A DNA stretch of 64,000 nt from an uncultured Planctomycetaceae bacterium (GCA_963785305.1 CAWAUV010000007.1:1440001-1504000), one strand, 5' to 3'. Positions 1-10,518 are shown, counted from the stretch's first letter. Translations and numbers: made by a program. Notes: a model not told the origin generated them from the sequence alone.

Positions 1-521
1 TTCAGGTTGGCGGTCTCGCTGGGAGTGAGATTGTGCGCGAGCACCAGCACCGGCGAGATCAATTGGCCGAGCTCTTCGCGGCGGCGGCCGAGCAGATTGC
101 GGAGCAGCCGCTTTTCGATGTCGAAAATATCATTGGCCCGCTCGACCAGATAGGTGTGCTGCAAACTCTGAAACACCTTGGCGTAGCGGCGCAGGGCCCG
201 GCTCACGGCGTATTCGGGCGAGTAGTGCCGATCACGAATCAGCTCGTCGAGCTCTTGCCGCAACTTGGGGTCGCGGAGCATTTGCAAGTGGGCGGAAAAG
301 ATCGCGGCGTATTCCTCGCCCAGTTCGAGGGCCACGGCGTCGCGATTGCCTTGAATCTCGGCGCCGGCCGCGTCGATCGCTTGGCCGAGCCGCTCGAGCT
401 CATGCTCGACGGCGTCGCGGGCGACGAACCGGCGCGGTATGCGAAATCCCTCATTGTCGACGACCAGCGCTTCGCCGATCGCCACTCCCGCCGAAACAGC
501 GATTCCTTGTAGTCTTTGCAT
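1..521 (-). CDS. ptsI: PEP-protein phosphotransferase (PTS enzyme I), 5' part; runs off the window edge
   Basis: Not in the ORF track. My translation from ATG 521 reads MQRLQGIAVSAGVAIGEALVV...AAIFSAHLQMLRDP...ERANDIFDIEKRLL...VLAHNLTPSETANL, a typical EI N-terminal domain; lies directly downstream of HPr. Confidence 0.92.
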   Translation of the reverse strand, partial: MQRLQGIAVSAGVAIGEALVVDNEGFRIPRRFVARDAVEHELERLGQAIDAAGAEIQGNRDAVALELGEEYAAIFSAHLQMLRDPKLRQELDELIRDRHYSPEYAVSRALRRYAKVFQSLQHTYLVERANDIFDIEKRLLRNLLGRRREELGQLISPVLVLAHNLTPSETANL

Positions 522-574
522 GCGTGTTCGGATGGGCGAGGCGCCAGAGCCTCGCGCCGGAAGCTCGCGAATGT

Positions 575-868
575 TTAGTTGTCGTTCATTTCGCCGAAGC
601 CTTGCCGAAATAGTTCGGCGAGCGCGTCGATCGCGGCCTGGGCGTCGGGGCCCGTGGCCTCGATCTGGAGCATGGCCCCGGTCGGCGCGGCGGCGGCGAT
701 CCGGAGCAGGTCGAACATGCTCTTGCCATCGACGCGCAGCTCGTCTTTGACCAGTTCGATCCGCGACTGGAACTGCGTGGCCGCCTTGACGAACACATCC
801 GCCGGACGAAGGTGCAGTCCCTGCGGGTTGATGACCGTGACCGTGGCGATGACTGTCTGCGAATTCAC
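575..868 (-). CDS. ptsH: Phosphocarrier protein HPr
   Basis: NPQGLHLRPA (His15 motif) and VDGKSM (Ser46 motif); 97 aa. Confidence 0.93.
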   Translation of the reverse strand: MNSQTVIATVTVINPQGLHLRPADVFVKAATQFQSRIELVKDELRVDGKSMFDLLRIAAAAPTGAMLQIEATGPDAQAAIDALAELFRQGFGEMNDN

Positions 869-1036
869 TGGCTTACATGCTCGTTTTTCGGTCAGCGCTG
901 GCCGTGTTAGGCGGCGCGAGGTGCGTCGTCTTCAACTTTCTCGACCGCTTGCTCGGCCGCCGCGCTGGGTGCAAAGCTCCGCTCGATTTCCACGGCCTCG
1001 AAGGGCGGACCGCCGAGCGCCGCGGTTCACTCGGGG

Positions 1037-1514
1037 TTAGGAAGCAAAGCCGTTGTTATCCGCCTCGTCGAGCAGTTGTCGAATGTCGTCGCCCGACTTG
1101 GCCTGCTTGAGGAACTTGCAAAAAGTGTCGTCTCGTAATTGTCGGGCGATGTTTTCCAGGGCCCGCAAGTGATCGCCCGGACGATCGGGCGGCGAAATGA
1201 GCAGAAACAAGAGCTGGACTTTTTCGCCGTCGAGGCTGTTGAAGTCGATGCCCTCGTTGCTCACGCCGACCGTGCCGACCAGCCGAGGCACGCTGGGGTG
1301 CTTGGTATGCGGCACGGCGACGCCGCGACCGATGCCGGTGCTGCCCAGCTCCTCGCGTTTCATGATCGCGCGAACAATGCTCTCCAATTCGGCTTCCGCG
1401 ATTTTACCGGCCGCCAGCAGGGCTCCGACCATTTCGCGGATCACGCCTTCTTTGTCTTGGGCCTCCAGGTTGGCGCAGGATCGCTCCGGCGGCCACAAAG
1501 TCGGCAAACTTCAT
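1037..1514 (-). CDS. ptsN: PTS EIIA (Ntr/fructose-type) protein; 1-nt frameshift near 1480
   Basis: REELGSTGIGRGVAVPH motif. The N-terminus MKFADFV (ATG 1514, RBS-like GAAAGGA upstream) is in another frame; the span is 478 nt. Confidence 0.88.
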
Positions 1515-1991
1515 ACTAACGCGTCCTTTCTCTCCATGTCGTTCGCATGTCGCTTTGCCGCGCGCTGGCCAGGCCATGAGCAGCCGGCCGGGCGAGCGTG
1601 AAGCAAAGCGGGCAATGTGTTGTTTGCGGGGTATTCGAGATCGAAGTTCGTAACTCACGGATTCGCCGACGATGGCCGCCCCCCCGGGAAGGCCAACTCG
1701 CCAAGCGAGGAATTTCGTAGTGTCGGAGGCCGTTTGTTCGCGCCCCCGACGCCTCCTCGCGACCATAAGCGTCATTTTGCGACGAAGCGTCTTTTCGCGA
1801 CCCGCCACGTTGTCGGCGGAGTGCTCGCCGGCGAGACGGATTCGCGCCCCCGGCCGACTCCGCCAGACGACCCTGACGACCCTGACGACTGTCGTCGCGA
1901 GCGCGGCCTCACGGGACTTCGCCAGCCACGCGACTAGGGCGCGGGCAACCGGCGCAACCCTTCAAGGGTTAGGTCTCTTGCCCTACGGGAC

Positions 1992-2339
1992 TCAAGCCTC
2001 GGGACTCAAGTCCCGCGCCTCCGCCTGCTTCGGGCTTACGTCGCGATGGTGGTTTTGGATTTTTTCCTTGTATTTACGCAACTGCTGTTCGATTTTATGC
2101 ACGGCGCCATCGAGCGAGGCCATCAACGACGGGGCTTGTTCGGTGGCGACGAAATCATGCTTGTGTTCGGCCGAAACTTGAATCTCGACGATCGGCGCAT
2201 CTTCCTTCTTCACGTCGACCATGACTTCGATGGCGGTCAAACGCTCGAAGAGCCGCGAGAGCTTTTCGACCTTGGTCCGAATTTTTTCCCGCGAAGCTTC
2301 GCTCAAATGCCCGTGTCGAGTCGATACGCTAATCTGCAC
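1992..2339 (-). CDS. hpf: Ribosome hibernation factor HPF/RaiA
   Basis: MQISVSTRHGHLSEASRE...SLDGAVHKIEQQLRKYKEK; GTG start with AAAGGAG RBS; classic hpf-ptsN-ptsH gene order. Confidence 0.9.
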   Translation of the reverse strand: MQISVSTRHGHLSEASREKIRTKVEKLSRLFERLTAIEVMVDVKKEDAPIVEIQVSAEHKHDFVATEQAPSLMASLDGAVHKIEQQLRKYKEKIQNHHRDVSPKQAEARDLSPEA

Positions 2340-2867
2340 AATGGCTCCTTTCACTCATTTCCCGCGTCGCTGCTTCCGCGCCCGAAAGACGAATCCGCCG
2401 GGGAATGAAAGCTCGGAGGCGCTTCCGCCTGCCCCCCGGAGCGACGACGTTTGGAAGCATGTTATTCTAACGAGCAACCGACCCGGCCACAACGAGCCCC
2501 CGCTTCTGGGGTGGGTCGTAATGCTTGCATCTCGCCTATTCTTGGCGTTTTGCTCGTTCCTATCATCGACGGGCGTTTCTGAAAGAACAGGCCGAATCGC
2601 CCACGCTCTGCAGGCGACACGTTTACGACCCACTGCCGGAATTCTAAACTGACGGAGAAATCGACAGTTCGACCCAGCCGGTGGATCATCGTCGTGGCAC
2701 GTATCCGTCCCCGCTATCGATTTCTCGCATTCCGAGCCAGGGTCGTCGTCTTCGTCGCCTTCAGTTGTTTCGCCGTCATCGCGGGGCGCGCAATCTGGCC
2801 GATCGCCTTGCAAGCGATTCGAGAGCGGCAGCAACGAGAAGCCACCGATAGAACTCTCAAGCAAATG

Positions 2868-2966
2868 AAATTCTAACGGGTCAGAAATTCTAACGGGTCA
2901 GGACTCATTGGCAAATTCTAACGGGTCAGGACTCATTGGCAAATTCTAACGGGTCAGGACTCATTG
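2868..2966 (+). repeat. Tandem array at the left end of the Y1 transposase element
   Basis: AAATTCTAACGGGTCAG (2868-2884), then AAATTCTAACGGGTCAGGACTCATTGGC x2 (2885-2912, 2913-2940) and a third copy to 2966. Confidence 0.95.
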
Positions 2967-3666
2967 TTTGGTATAGGGTCGGGAGCCGTATCGGGAAAAT
3001 GCACTTGCGGACGGCCGCGAGGTCGTAGGGTCGAGGTCAGCCGCAGGCGCCTTGCCGTCGCTTCGGTCCAATTCGGCTCGCCGAACGGAGACCCTCGCCG
3101 CGCCGCGCGGCGCACCGCGGCGAGCTCTCGTTCCGCCAGCGGCTCATTCACTTTCTTGGTCCAATTCGGCAGGCGTGGGATCGGCCAAGGCGACAGCAAG
3201 GCGGGAAGCGGTTCCGTTTTTTGCAGCCACCGCCAGAGCGATCCCCAGCGCCACTGCTCGGCGCGGGCGCCAAGTCGGCCCGCAGCGCATTTCGCTCGAC
3301 ATAACGGCACACCACCAAGAAATGCGCGTCGTCCTGAATCGGAAAACTTTTGAATCGACCTTGGTACACATGCCCCTCGCCCGACGTGTGCGTATGGGCG
3401 CGGTATCGCATCGTGTGCGTGGCCGTGACCCAGCGCAAGAAGCGGCTCATCTCGCCATCGTGCAAGGGACGCAACACCAAATGCCAGTGGCTGGGCATCA
3501 ACTGGTAAGCGAACAACTCGACGGCATGCCGCGCGAGCCCTTCACCGAGCACGCGCTCGAAGGCTTCGTAATCCGCGTCGTTGCGGAATATCTTGGCCCG
3601 GGCATTCGCTCGATTCAGGGCATGGTAGACGCCGCCGGCTTCGTCGGCTCGTGGTGGTCGTGGCAT
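2954..3666 (-). mobile_element. Y1/HUH tyrosine transposase (RAYT / IS200-like), frameshifted near 3270
   Basis: MPRPPRADEAGGVYHALNR...IF...LMPSHWHLVL (HUH)...GHVYQGRFKS...CRYVERNALRA, continuing in another frame as EQWRWGS...RPRGRP. The stop codon lies inside the terminal repeat. Confidence 0.9.
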
Positions 3667-3699
3667 GTCCGTCAGTCTACCAACAACCACCAGCAAAAT

Positions 3700-3746
3700 C
3701 AATGAGGCCTGACCCCTTTTGATTTCTCTGACCCCTTTTGATTTCT
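3700..3746 (+). repeat. Right terminal repeat of the Y1 element, inverted relative to the left array and partly duplicated
   Basis: CAATGAGGCCTGACCCCTTTTGATTTCT followed by CTGACCCCTTTTGATTTCT; the reverse complement of the left unit is CAATGAGTCCTGACCCGTTAGAATTT. Confidence 0.9.
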
Positions 3747-4159
3747 CCGCGAATGTTTGCGAATCTGGCGGCGGCTGTTCAAGCACTCGGACGAATTGTT
3801 CACCTTTCTCGACGACCCGAACGTGCCGGCCGACAACAACGGAACCGAACGCGACATCCGAAGCCTGGCGGCGGCGAGGAATGATGGCGGCACGCATCGG
3901 ACGGAATGGAGCGCGGCGGCGTTCGCCCGAATCAAGAGCGTGATCGCGACCGGCGCGAAAAACGGTTTGAGCTTCGCAAGGTATGGAATCGAAGTCGTGC
4001 GCACTAAATTGCAAGGCAAGACCCTGCCGCTGCCGATCACCAATAGCAGTTAAACCATCCACCGCGCGACCCATCCCCGGAAATTCCTCGCCCGCGATCC
4101 CCGCCAAAATCGCCACCGCCCCCCCCCACGCCCAGGCCACGCCACGGCTTAACAGTTAC
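3747..4159 (+). mobile_element. IS66-family remnant: transposase C-terminus plus right end
   Basis: LFTFLDDPNVPADNNGTERDIR matches the IS66 TnpC C-terminal motif (ORF 3757-4053); element ends ...GCTTAACAGTTAC, i.e. GTAA-initiating on the other strand, typical of IS66 TIRs. Confidence 0.78.
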
Positions 4160-4571
4160 GTTCAGGAATGTTCCTTCGTCAGAAAAAGCTATATGTCTCA
4201 CGGCTTTTGACCGTGACCAACTGCTGCAAATGGTCGCTGGATGGTTCAGATTGTCGATAGCTCACGCTCCAACTTGGTAATCTCTCCGTTCGCCGTCGAA
4301 TTCATGTCCGCCTCGGCATGTTTCTTCGCAAAATGGAACTTGAACGGAATCCACCCTGGGTCCGAGCCAGCGGCGGCTTGACCCGATCTCGCTTCGGCGG
4401 ATTCAACCTTCGCCCGAGACATCGCTTCCCTCCCTTGTCGTTTGCATTTTCCGCTTTCTCCGCGCTTGTTGCAACCCGATTTTTGGATAGCGCAGGGCGG
4501 TTGAGGGCGGTTTTTCGTTGTCAACGGAGTTGGTCTCGCTTCGTGCGTGCGGCGGCTGTCGTGGCCGCGAA

Positions 4572-5684
4572 TTATTTCAGCGCATCGGCGACGAGTGATC
4601 GACTCCGCGCTGATGGCGGCGCCGCGTCGAAACTCCACCGGGGCTCCGACTGCCGGCCGACGCGTGGGCAAGTGAAATGCGCGGCGGCTGGCGGGACCGA
4701 GAAGCTCGGGGCGACTTGCTCGCCGATGTCGAATGTTTCCGGCGGCTCGAAGTTCAACGTGTAGTCGACCAGCCAGAGCGGCCGGCGCTTCGACTCGACA
4801 TAAATCCGCGCGATATATTCGCCCAGCACCCCGATGCCCAGCGATGTGAAGCCCAGATTGGCCAAGAGCAGTAAGTTCACCGTGGTGAAACCTTCGGGCG
4901 GATGGAGAAACAGCCGCCTGGCCACATAGATAGCGCTTAATAGCAGCGTGAGCATAATCATGCCGGCGCCGAACAAGCTGAACGCGCGGAGCGGCTTGAG
5001 CGACGAACTGAACACGGCGTTGAACATGAACCCAATGAGAAACAGCGGCGAATTGTTCGTGGCGCCCTTCGTGCGTCCGCGACGCGTGTAGGGAATGCCC
5101 AACTGGCGAAACCCGAGCCAGTGGATCATGCCCCGCACATAGCGATTGGCTTCCGGCAACTGGGCGAAGGCGTCGCGGGCCCGCCGGCTGATTAGGCGGA
5201 AATCGGCGCTATGCTCGGGCAGCTTCACTTCGTCGCTCATCCAGGTGATGAACCGCATTGCCCACATCGTGGCCGTGATGCGCAGCCGCGATTCGCCGGT
5301 GCGCTTTTCGCGCACTCCATACACGATGTCGTAGCCTTCTTGCCACTTGGCGACAAAGGTGGCGATCAATTCGGGCGGATCTTGGAGATCGCTATCGATG
5401 CACATGATCGCATCGCCCGAGGCCGCGAGCATGCCGGCGGTGATCGAATTTTGATATTCGAAGTTGCGGCTCAGGCGCAGATATCGCCAGCGGGCATCGT
5501 GGCTACAAATGTCGGCCATGATCTCGGGAGTGCGGTCGTGGCTGCCATTGTCGACGACCACCACTTCGTAGGGCATTCCCAATTGTTCGAGCGTGGCGGT
5601 CAGCGTGGCGTACGTGTCGCGGAGCACTTCCTGCTCGTTGCGCACCGGCACGACCATGCTGAGCTTTTTTTGGGGCTGGTTCAT
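4572..5684 (-). CDS. GT2 glycosyltransferase (GtrB/ArnC/polyprenol-phosphate sugar synthase-like)
   Basis: VVPVRNE, VVDNGSHDRT, LSRNF, IDSDLQDPPELI, ADFRLISR, two C-terminal TM helices, GEYIARIYVESKRRP. Confidence 0.9.
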   Translation of the reverse strand: MNQPQKKLSMVVPVRNEQEVLRDTYATLTATLEQLGMPYEVVVVDNGSHDRTPEIMADICSHDARWRYLRLSRNFEYQNSITAGMLAASGDAIMCIDSDLQDPPELIATFVAKWQEGYDIVYGVREKRTGESRLRITATMWAMRFITWMSDEVKLPEHSADFRLISRRARDAFAQLPEANRYVRGMIHWLGFRQLGIPYTRRGRTKGATNNSPLFLIGFMFNAVFSSSLKPLRAFSLFGAGMIMLTLLLSAIYVARRLFLHPPEGFTTVNLLLLANLGFTSLGIGVLGEYIARIYVESKRRPLWLVDYTLNFEPPETFDIGEQVAPSFSVPPAAAHFTCPRVGRQSEPRWSFDAAPPSARSRSLVADALK

Positions 5685-5781
5685 GCGATTCGCTTCGGAG
5701 TTCGGGGTTGACGACAAATAGGAAATCGGGGCGCGGCAAATGGCTTTGGCACGGACTAAAAATAACTGCCTGATTTGTTTG

Positions 5782-5816
5782 CCCCTCGCCCAACCCTTCT
5801 CCCCGGGAGAGAGGGG
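5782..5816. repeat. REP-like intergenic element
   Basis: CCCCTCGCCCAACCCTTCTCCCCGGGAGAGAGGGG resembles the CCCTCxCCCxxCCCTCTCCC...GGGAGAGGG repeat class; single copy here. Confidence 0.5.
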
Positions 5817-5846
5817 TTTATCGAAAAGGTATTTTTGGTCCGTTCC

Positions 5847-6960
5847 TTAAGCCGCCGCGGCAGCGGCCTGCAAGCGACGCTCGCGCGTCTCGCGCGATTC
5901 GTTGGAATCCTTGAAGCTCTCGATCGTGCGGCGAAAGCCGTCGATCAGTGAGGTTGTGGCCCGCCAGCCGAGCGCCTCGAGTTTGGTCGTGTCGGGAACC
6001 GAGCGTGGCGTCACGCTCGGCAAGTAATTCGCATCGCTGGGCGCCGCATGTTTCACGCCCAGTCGCTTCGCGGGATGGAGCCCAACCAAGATCCGCGCCA
6101 GCTCCGCCACGCTGGCCTCGGCTCGCGCATTGCCCACATTGTAGGCTTCGCCTCGAGCGCCCAAGAGCAATGCGGTGAAGTAGCCGATCGTGGCGTCGGC
6201 CAAATAGCAATAGGCGCGGCGGGCGAGCCCACTCGAGCGCATCACGATATCGCGTCCGGCGACCACATCGGCGACAAAGTCGGCAAATACCCGGCCATCG
6301 TCGGTGGCCATGCCCGGCCCGTAGGTATGAAACGGGCGGACGATCGTTACCGGCACGCCAAATTGCCGCTGCCACGCCACGCACAAACTCTCGCCGAATC
6401 GCTTGCCTTCGGCATAGCACGACCGAGGCGCCAGGGGATCGAGCGAGCCGATCATCGACTCGGTGATCGGCTTGTCGGGCGCCGACAATGTGCCATAGAT
6501 CTCGGCGCTGCTAAAGTACAATACGCCTCGTGATTTCTTCTCCCGCGCAGATCGAGCACATTGTGCGTGCCGAGGCTGTTGGCCGCGAGGGTGCCCGCGG
6601 GATCGACGCTATAGTATTTGGGGCTCGCCTGGCTGGCGGCGTGAATGATGTAGTCGAGCGGGCCCTTGAATCGAATCGGAGTGGCGACATCCTGCGTCAG
6701 AAGCCGAAAGTCCGCGCGACCGAGATGCTCGGCAAATCGGGCTTGAGCCTTGCTCGTGCTGCGCACCAGCCCCACGACGGTCGTGGGCCGGCCGCGGCCG
6801 ACGCGGTTGCGCGCAGCAGTGTCTCGACGATGTAGGCCGGTAAGAAACCGTTGGCGCCGGTGACGAGAACCGTGGCTCCATCGAACTGATCGAAGGGCAG
6901 CGGCGACTGAACAATCTTGGCCAAATCGGCGGCGACGATCGGATGCATTTTAGTTCCCAT
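5847..6960 (-). CDS. NAD-dependent nucleotide-sugar epimerase/dehydratase (UDP-glucuronate decarboxylase-like); frameshifts near 6800 and 6545
   Basis: Three consecutive frames give VLVTGANGFL, IIHAASQASP and SSAEIYG...CYAEGKR...RPFHTYGPG. Confidence 0.85.
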
Positions 6961-7319
6961 GGGAGACGCCAACTCGGCCCCCGCTGACACGACGCTACCG
7001 CTAGCAAAGACGATGGCGATATCGTCACGGGACCGTTGGCGTGCCCTAGGTATCGACTTTGCGGGATCAATAGTTTATTCATTTTGCAAAGACTTTGCGG
7101 CCGCTGGCTTGCTGGCAGCCTGCGTTGCCTAGGTATTTCGGCGCCGGACTAACTGTGCCTCGTTCGGGACCGAAGAATCGTGGCGCGTGCATGCCGTGGG
7201 TCATTGCGGGCGCCTCGTGGCGGGGCAAGTTTCTTGACAGGCCGCGGCAAACGGCACAAACTGGAGCGGCGCGGTCGGATTTGTCGCATAATGAGAATAC
7301 ACAAAAAGGGAAATGTTCG

Positions 7320-8075
7320 ATGATCAGTCGCGGATTGGGCCTCGCGAGCTTTCTTGGGGGCCTCGCGCTCGTGGCCGGTTTTTCGTTTGCCGATCCGCCA
7401 CGGTCCGCGCCCGCGGCGCCCTCGAGCTATGCCCCGGCCGCCGACCTTGTCGCCCAGGTCGACTATTACATGGGGCGCATTTCCGACGCCCTGGCGTCGC
7501 CGGCCGAGTACGACGCCGACAAGCAATCGCGCGTCGATAAAGACGCGAACACGGTGGCGGCTCTGGCGCTAGTGCTCGGCCAGCATGACCAGAAGAACAA
7601 GTATCAGGCAGCTAGCGCCGGCATGATCGCGGCGGCCCAGCGATTGGCCGCGGCCTCGGCCGACGCGGCCTCCGCGGCGCGCGAGCTCGCGGCGCTCAAG
7701 GCGGCGTCGCAAGTTAGCGGCGAGCCGGCGCCCTGGGGCGAAGTGGCTTCGCTGCCGGCGCTCATGAAGCAGGTGCCGATCGTGAACAATAGTCTGCGCC
7801 GCGGGCTCGATCCGGCGAAATTCAAGAAGCAGAAAAACACGGTGGCCGAACAAGCGGCCACATTGGCGGCGATCGCCGAGGCTTCGTGGCACGACACGTC
7901 GAACGCGACGGACGTCGAAGACACGGCCGCTTGGCGAAAGTATTGCGTCGAGATGCGCGACGCCGCCGCGGCCGTCAACACCGCGGCCCACGAAAGCGAT
8001 GTGGCCGCCGCGGGCGTCGCCGCGAAGCGACTCGCGCTGAGCTGCGACGGATGCCACGCCAAATTTCGCCAATGA
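7320..8075 (+). CDS. Exported cytochrome c'-like (class II) helical protein
   Basis: Signal peptide MISRGLGLASFLGGLALVAGFSFA; Ala-rich helices; single C-terminal CDGCH heme motif. Confidence 0.8.
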   Translation: MISRGLGLASFLGGLALVAGFSFADPPRSAPAAPSSYAPAADLVAQVDYYMGRISDALASPAEYDADKQSRVDKDANTVAALALVLGQHDQKNKYQAASAGMIAAAQRLAAASADAASAARELAALKAASQVSGEPAPWGEVASLPALMKQVPIVNNSLRRGLDPAKFKKQKNTVAEQAATLAAIAEASWHDTSNATDVEDTAAWRKYCVEMRDAAAAVNTAAHESDVAAAGVAAKRLALSCDGCHAKFRQ

Positions 8076-8384
8076 AGTTGCTTGCGCGGCAAAATGGTCT
8101 CTCGAACGGGATCACGCCGCGCATGCGGATTCGGGGAATGACGTAGAATTCGAAGCGCCCCGCCGGTGGTCGCAACGGTCGAGCGCGCGGTCCGATCCGC
8201 GCTTCCGACAGACCTGACCCGAGCGGCGCGGCTTCGCCGGCTCGCCCGACCGCCCGTCGCGGCGCCATCGGCAATTGGTTCGCGTTAATTTATTGAAACC
8301 GAGGTCTTGGAGAACGCATTCGGCGGTGAGTCAGTGGTATGTTTCCCACAGCAGTCCGGGCGACTAATCCTGACCTAACCGAGT

Positions 8385-10514
8385 GTGCTTATGCTTATGC
8401 CAATTAGGCATCCCGCGCTACAGTTTTCGCATCCGCTTCCGTATGGGGCCATTCTTCACGATCAAGGAGTTCAATTCGTCGTTTTCAGCCGCTCCGCGAC
8501 CTCGATGCGCGTGCTGCTCTACGACCATGTGAAAGACCCCGATCCTTCGGACATTATCGTCTTCGACCGCGATGGCGATCGCTGGGGAGACATTTGGAGC
8601 GTGTTCGTGCCGGGTATCGGCGCCGGACAGCTTTACCATTTCCAGGCCGACGGCCCTTTCGAGCCCGAGCGAGGGCACCGGTTCGACCGCACCGCGCGAT
8701 TGCTCGATCCATATGCCCGCGCCTTGGCCGGTGAATTTCTGCCTAGTCGCGATGGCATCATCCGTCCGCCGAAGTGCGTGGTGGTCGATGATTCGTTTGA
8801 CTGGCAGGGCGACCGGCACTTGCGCCGCGAGCTCGCCGAAACCACGATCTACGAAATGCATGTTCGCGGCTTCACGAAGTCGCCGACCAGCAAGGTCGAG
8901 CATCCGGGCTCGTATCTGGGCGTGATCGAGAAGATTCCGTATTTGAAGAGCCTCGGCGTCACGGCGGTCGAGTTGATGCCGGTGCATGAGTTCCCGACCA
9001 ACGGTCCCCACGGCGACAAGACGAAGCCCAACTATTGGGGCTACGATTCGATGTCGTTTTTCTCGCCCCACCGCGGCTATGCCGCCGGCTCGACGCCCGG
9101 CTGCCAGGTGAACGAGTTCAAGCAAATGGTTCGGGCCCTGCATCAGGCCGATATCGAAGTGATTCTCGACGTGGTCTTCAACCACACCGCCGAAGGCAAC
9201 GAGCTGGGGCCCACGCTGAGCTTCAAGGGCCTCGAGAACCAAGTCTATTACATGCTCACCGGCGGCGGGGCCTATTACCGCAATTACTCCGGTTGCGGCA
9301 ACACGGTGAACGGCAACCACCCGATCGTGCGCGAGATGATCTTCCTCAGCCTTCGCCACTGGGTGCATAACTATCACATCGATGGCTTTCGCTTCGACTT
9401 GGCTTCGATCCTCAGCCGCGATCGCAACGGCGATCTGGTGCCGAATCCGCCTTGCGTGGAATCGATCGCCGAAGATCCGATGCTGGCCGACACCAAGATT
9501 ATCGCCGAGGCCTGGGACGCCGCCGGCGCGTACCAAGTGGGCTCGTTCGGCCAACTGCGCTGGGCCGAGTGGAATGGCCGCTATCGCGACGATGTGCGCC
9601 GTTTCTGGCGCGGCGACATGGGCCTGACCGGCGCCCTGGCCACGCGCATCTCGGGCTCGAGCGATCTCTACGAGGCCGGCGGGCGGCAGCCATATCACAG
9701 CATCAATTTCATCACGTCGCACGACGGCTTCACGCTGAGCGACCTCAACAGCTATGTGCAAAAGCACAACGAAGCCAACGAAGAAGGCAATCGCGATGGC
9801 GACAACAACAACTACAGCGGCAACTACGGTGTCGAAGGCCCCACCAAGCGCCGCGATATCGAAGCGCTCCGCTCGCGGCAGGTGCGCAATATGCTCGCCA
9901 CGCTGTTTCTGAGCCAAGGCGTGCCGATGCTGCTCTCCGGCGACGAATGCCGCCGCACGCAGCGAGGCAACAACAACGCCTATTGCCAAGACAATGCGAT
10001 CAGTTGGTTCGACTGGACCCTGGTCGAGCAAAACGCCTCGCTGATTCGTTTTACCCAGTGCCTGACCCATTTTCGCCAGCAACAAGCCACGGTGCGCCGC
10101 AGCTCGTTTCTCAGCGGAGCTCCCGAAGTGCCCGGCGAACTGCCCGATGTCGGCTGGTACGGACCCGACGGCCGCGGCCGCGACTGGAGCCGCGACGACG
10201 GCAGCCTGACCTGCTTCTTCGGAGCGCCGGCCAGCTTGAGGGCCGAATGCCCCGACGCGCGGCATTTGCTCATCATGTTCCACGCCGGCCGCGAGGGACG
10301 CGAGTTCGTGATTCCCAAGCTTGCCCAGCCGGTCCGCTGGCGACTCTTCATCGACACGATGCAAGAAGGGCCCGACGATATTCATCCAAATCTAAACGGC
10401 CCCGCGGCCCCGGCCTCGGGCCGCATTTGGCTCGACCACCATTCGCTGGTCGGGTTCGTGTCGGAACCCCAACCCGCGCCCGTTCCCAAAGCGAAGCGCG
10501 GCCGACGATCGTAA
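8385..10514 (+). CDS. glgX: Glycogen debranching enzyme (GH13 isoamylase)
   Basis: IYEMHVRGFT, NYWGY, DVVFNHTAEG, DGFRFDLAS, IAEAWD, HDGFTL, QRGNNNAYCQDN. Confidence 0.96.
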   Translation: MLMLMPIRHPALQFSHPLPYGAILHDQGVQFVVFSRSATSMRVLLYDHVKDPDPSDIIVFDRDGDRWGDIWSVFVPGIGAGQLYHFQADGPFEPERGHRFDRTARLLDPYARALAGEFLPSRDGIIRPPKCVVVDDSFDWQGDRHLRRELAETTIYEMHVRGFTKSPTSKVEHPGSYLGVIEKIPYLKSLGVTAVELMPVHEFPTNGPHGDKTKPNYWGYDSMSFFSPHRGYAAGSTPGCQVNEFKQMVRALHQADIEVILDVVFNHTAEGNELGPTLSFKGLENQVYYMLTGGGAYYRNYSGCGNTVNGNHPIVREMIFLSLRHWVHNYHIDGFRFDLASILSRDRNGDLVPNPPCVESIAEDPMLADTKIIAEAWDAAGAYQVGSFGQLRWAEWNGRYRDDVRRFWRGDMGLTGALATRISGSSDLYEAGGRQPYHSINFITSHDGFTLSDLNSYVQKHNEANEEGNRDGDNNNYSGNYGVEGPTKRRDIEALRSRQVRNMLATLFLSQGVPMLLSGDECRRTQRGNNNAYCQDNAISWFDWTLVEQNASLIRFTQCLTHFRQQQATVRRSSFLSGAPEVPGELPDVGWYGPDGRGRDWSRDDGSLTCFFGAPASLRAECPDARHLLIMFHAGREGREFVIPKLAQPVRWRLFIDTMQEGPDDIHPNLNGPAAPASGRIWLDHHSLVGFVSEPQPAPVPKAKRGRRS

Positions 10515-10518
10515 TCAT

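Noticed and set aside
33..512. 159-aa plus-strand ORF
   Set aside because: Antisense shadow of ptsI on the minus strand.
1866..1889. GACGACCCT short tandem repeat in the hpf-ptsN gap
   Set aside because: Fewer than three copies and no recognisable RNA or coding context.
2868..2966. 28-bp direct repeats as a CRISPR array
   Set aside because: Units are head-to-tail with no spacers and no cas gene; they are the transposase element end.
4160..4571. Possible gene start interrupted by IS66
   Set aside because: Only a short peptide (MNSTANGEITK...) with no recognisable motif.
8418..10385. Long antisense ORFs (also 12764-14170, 16943-18376, 37397-39073, 48409-50244, 52762-54072)
   Set aside because: They mirror well-supported genes; long stop-free antisense frames are expected in high-GC DNA.
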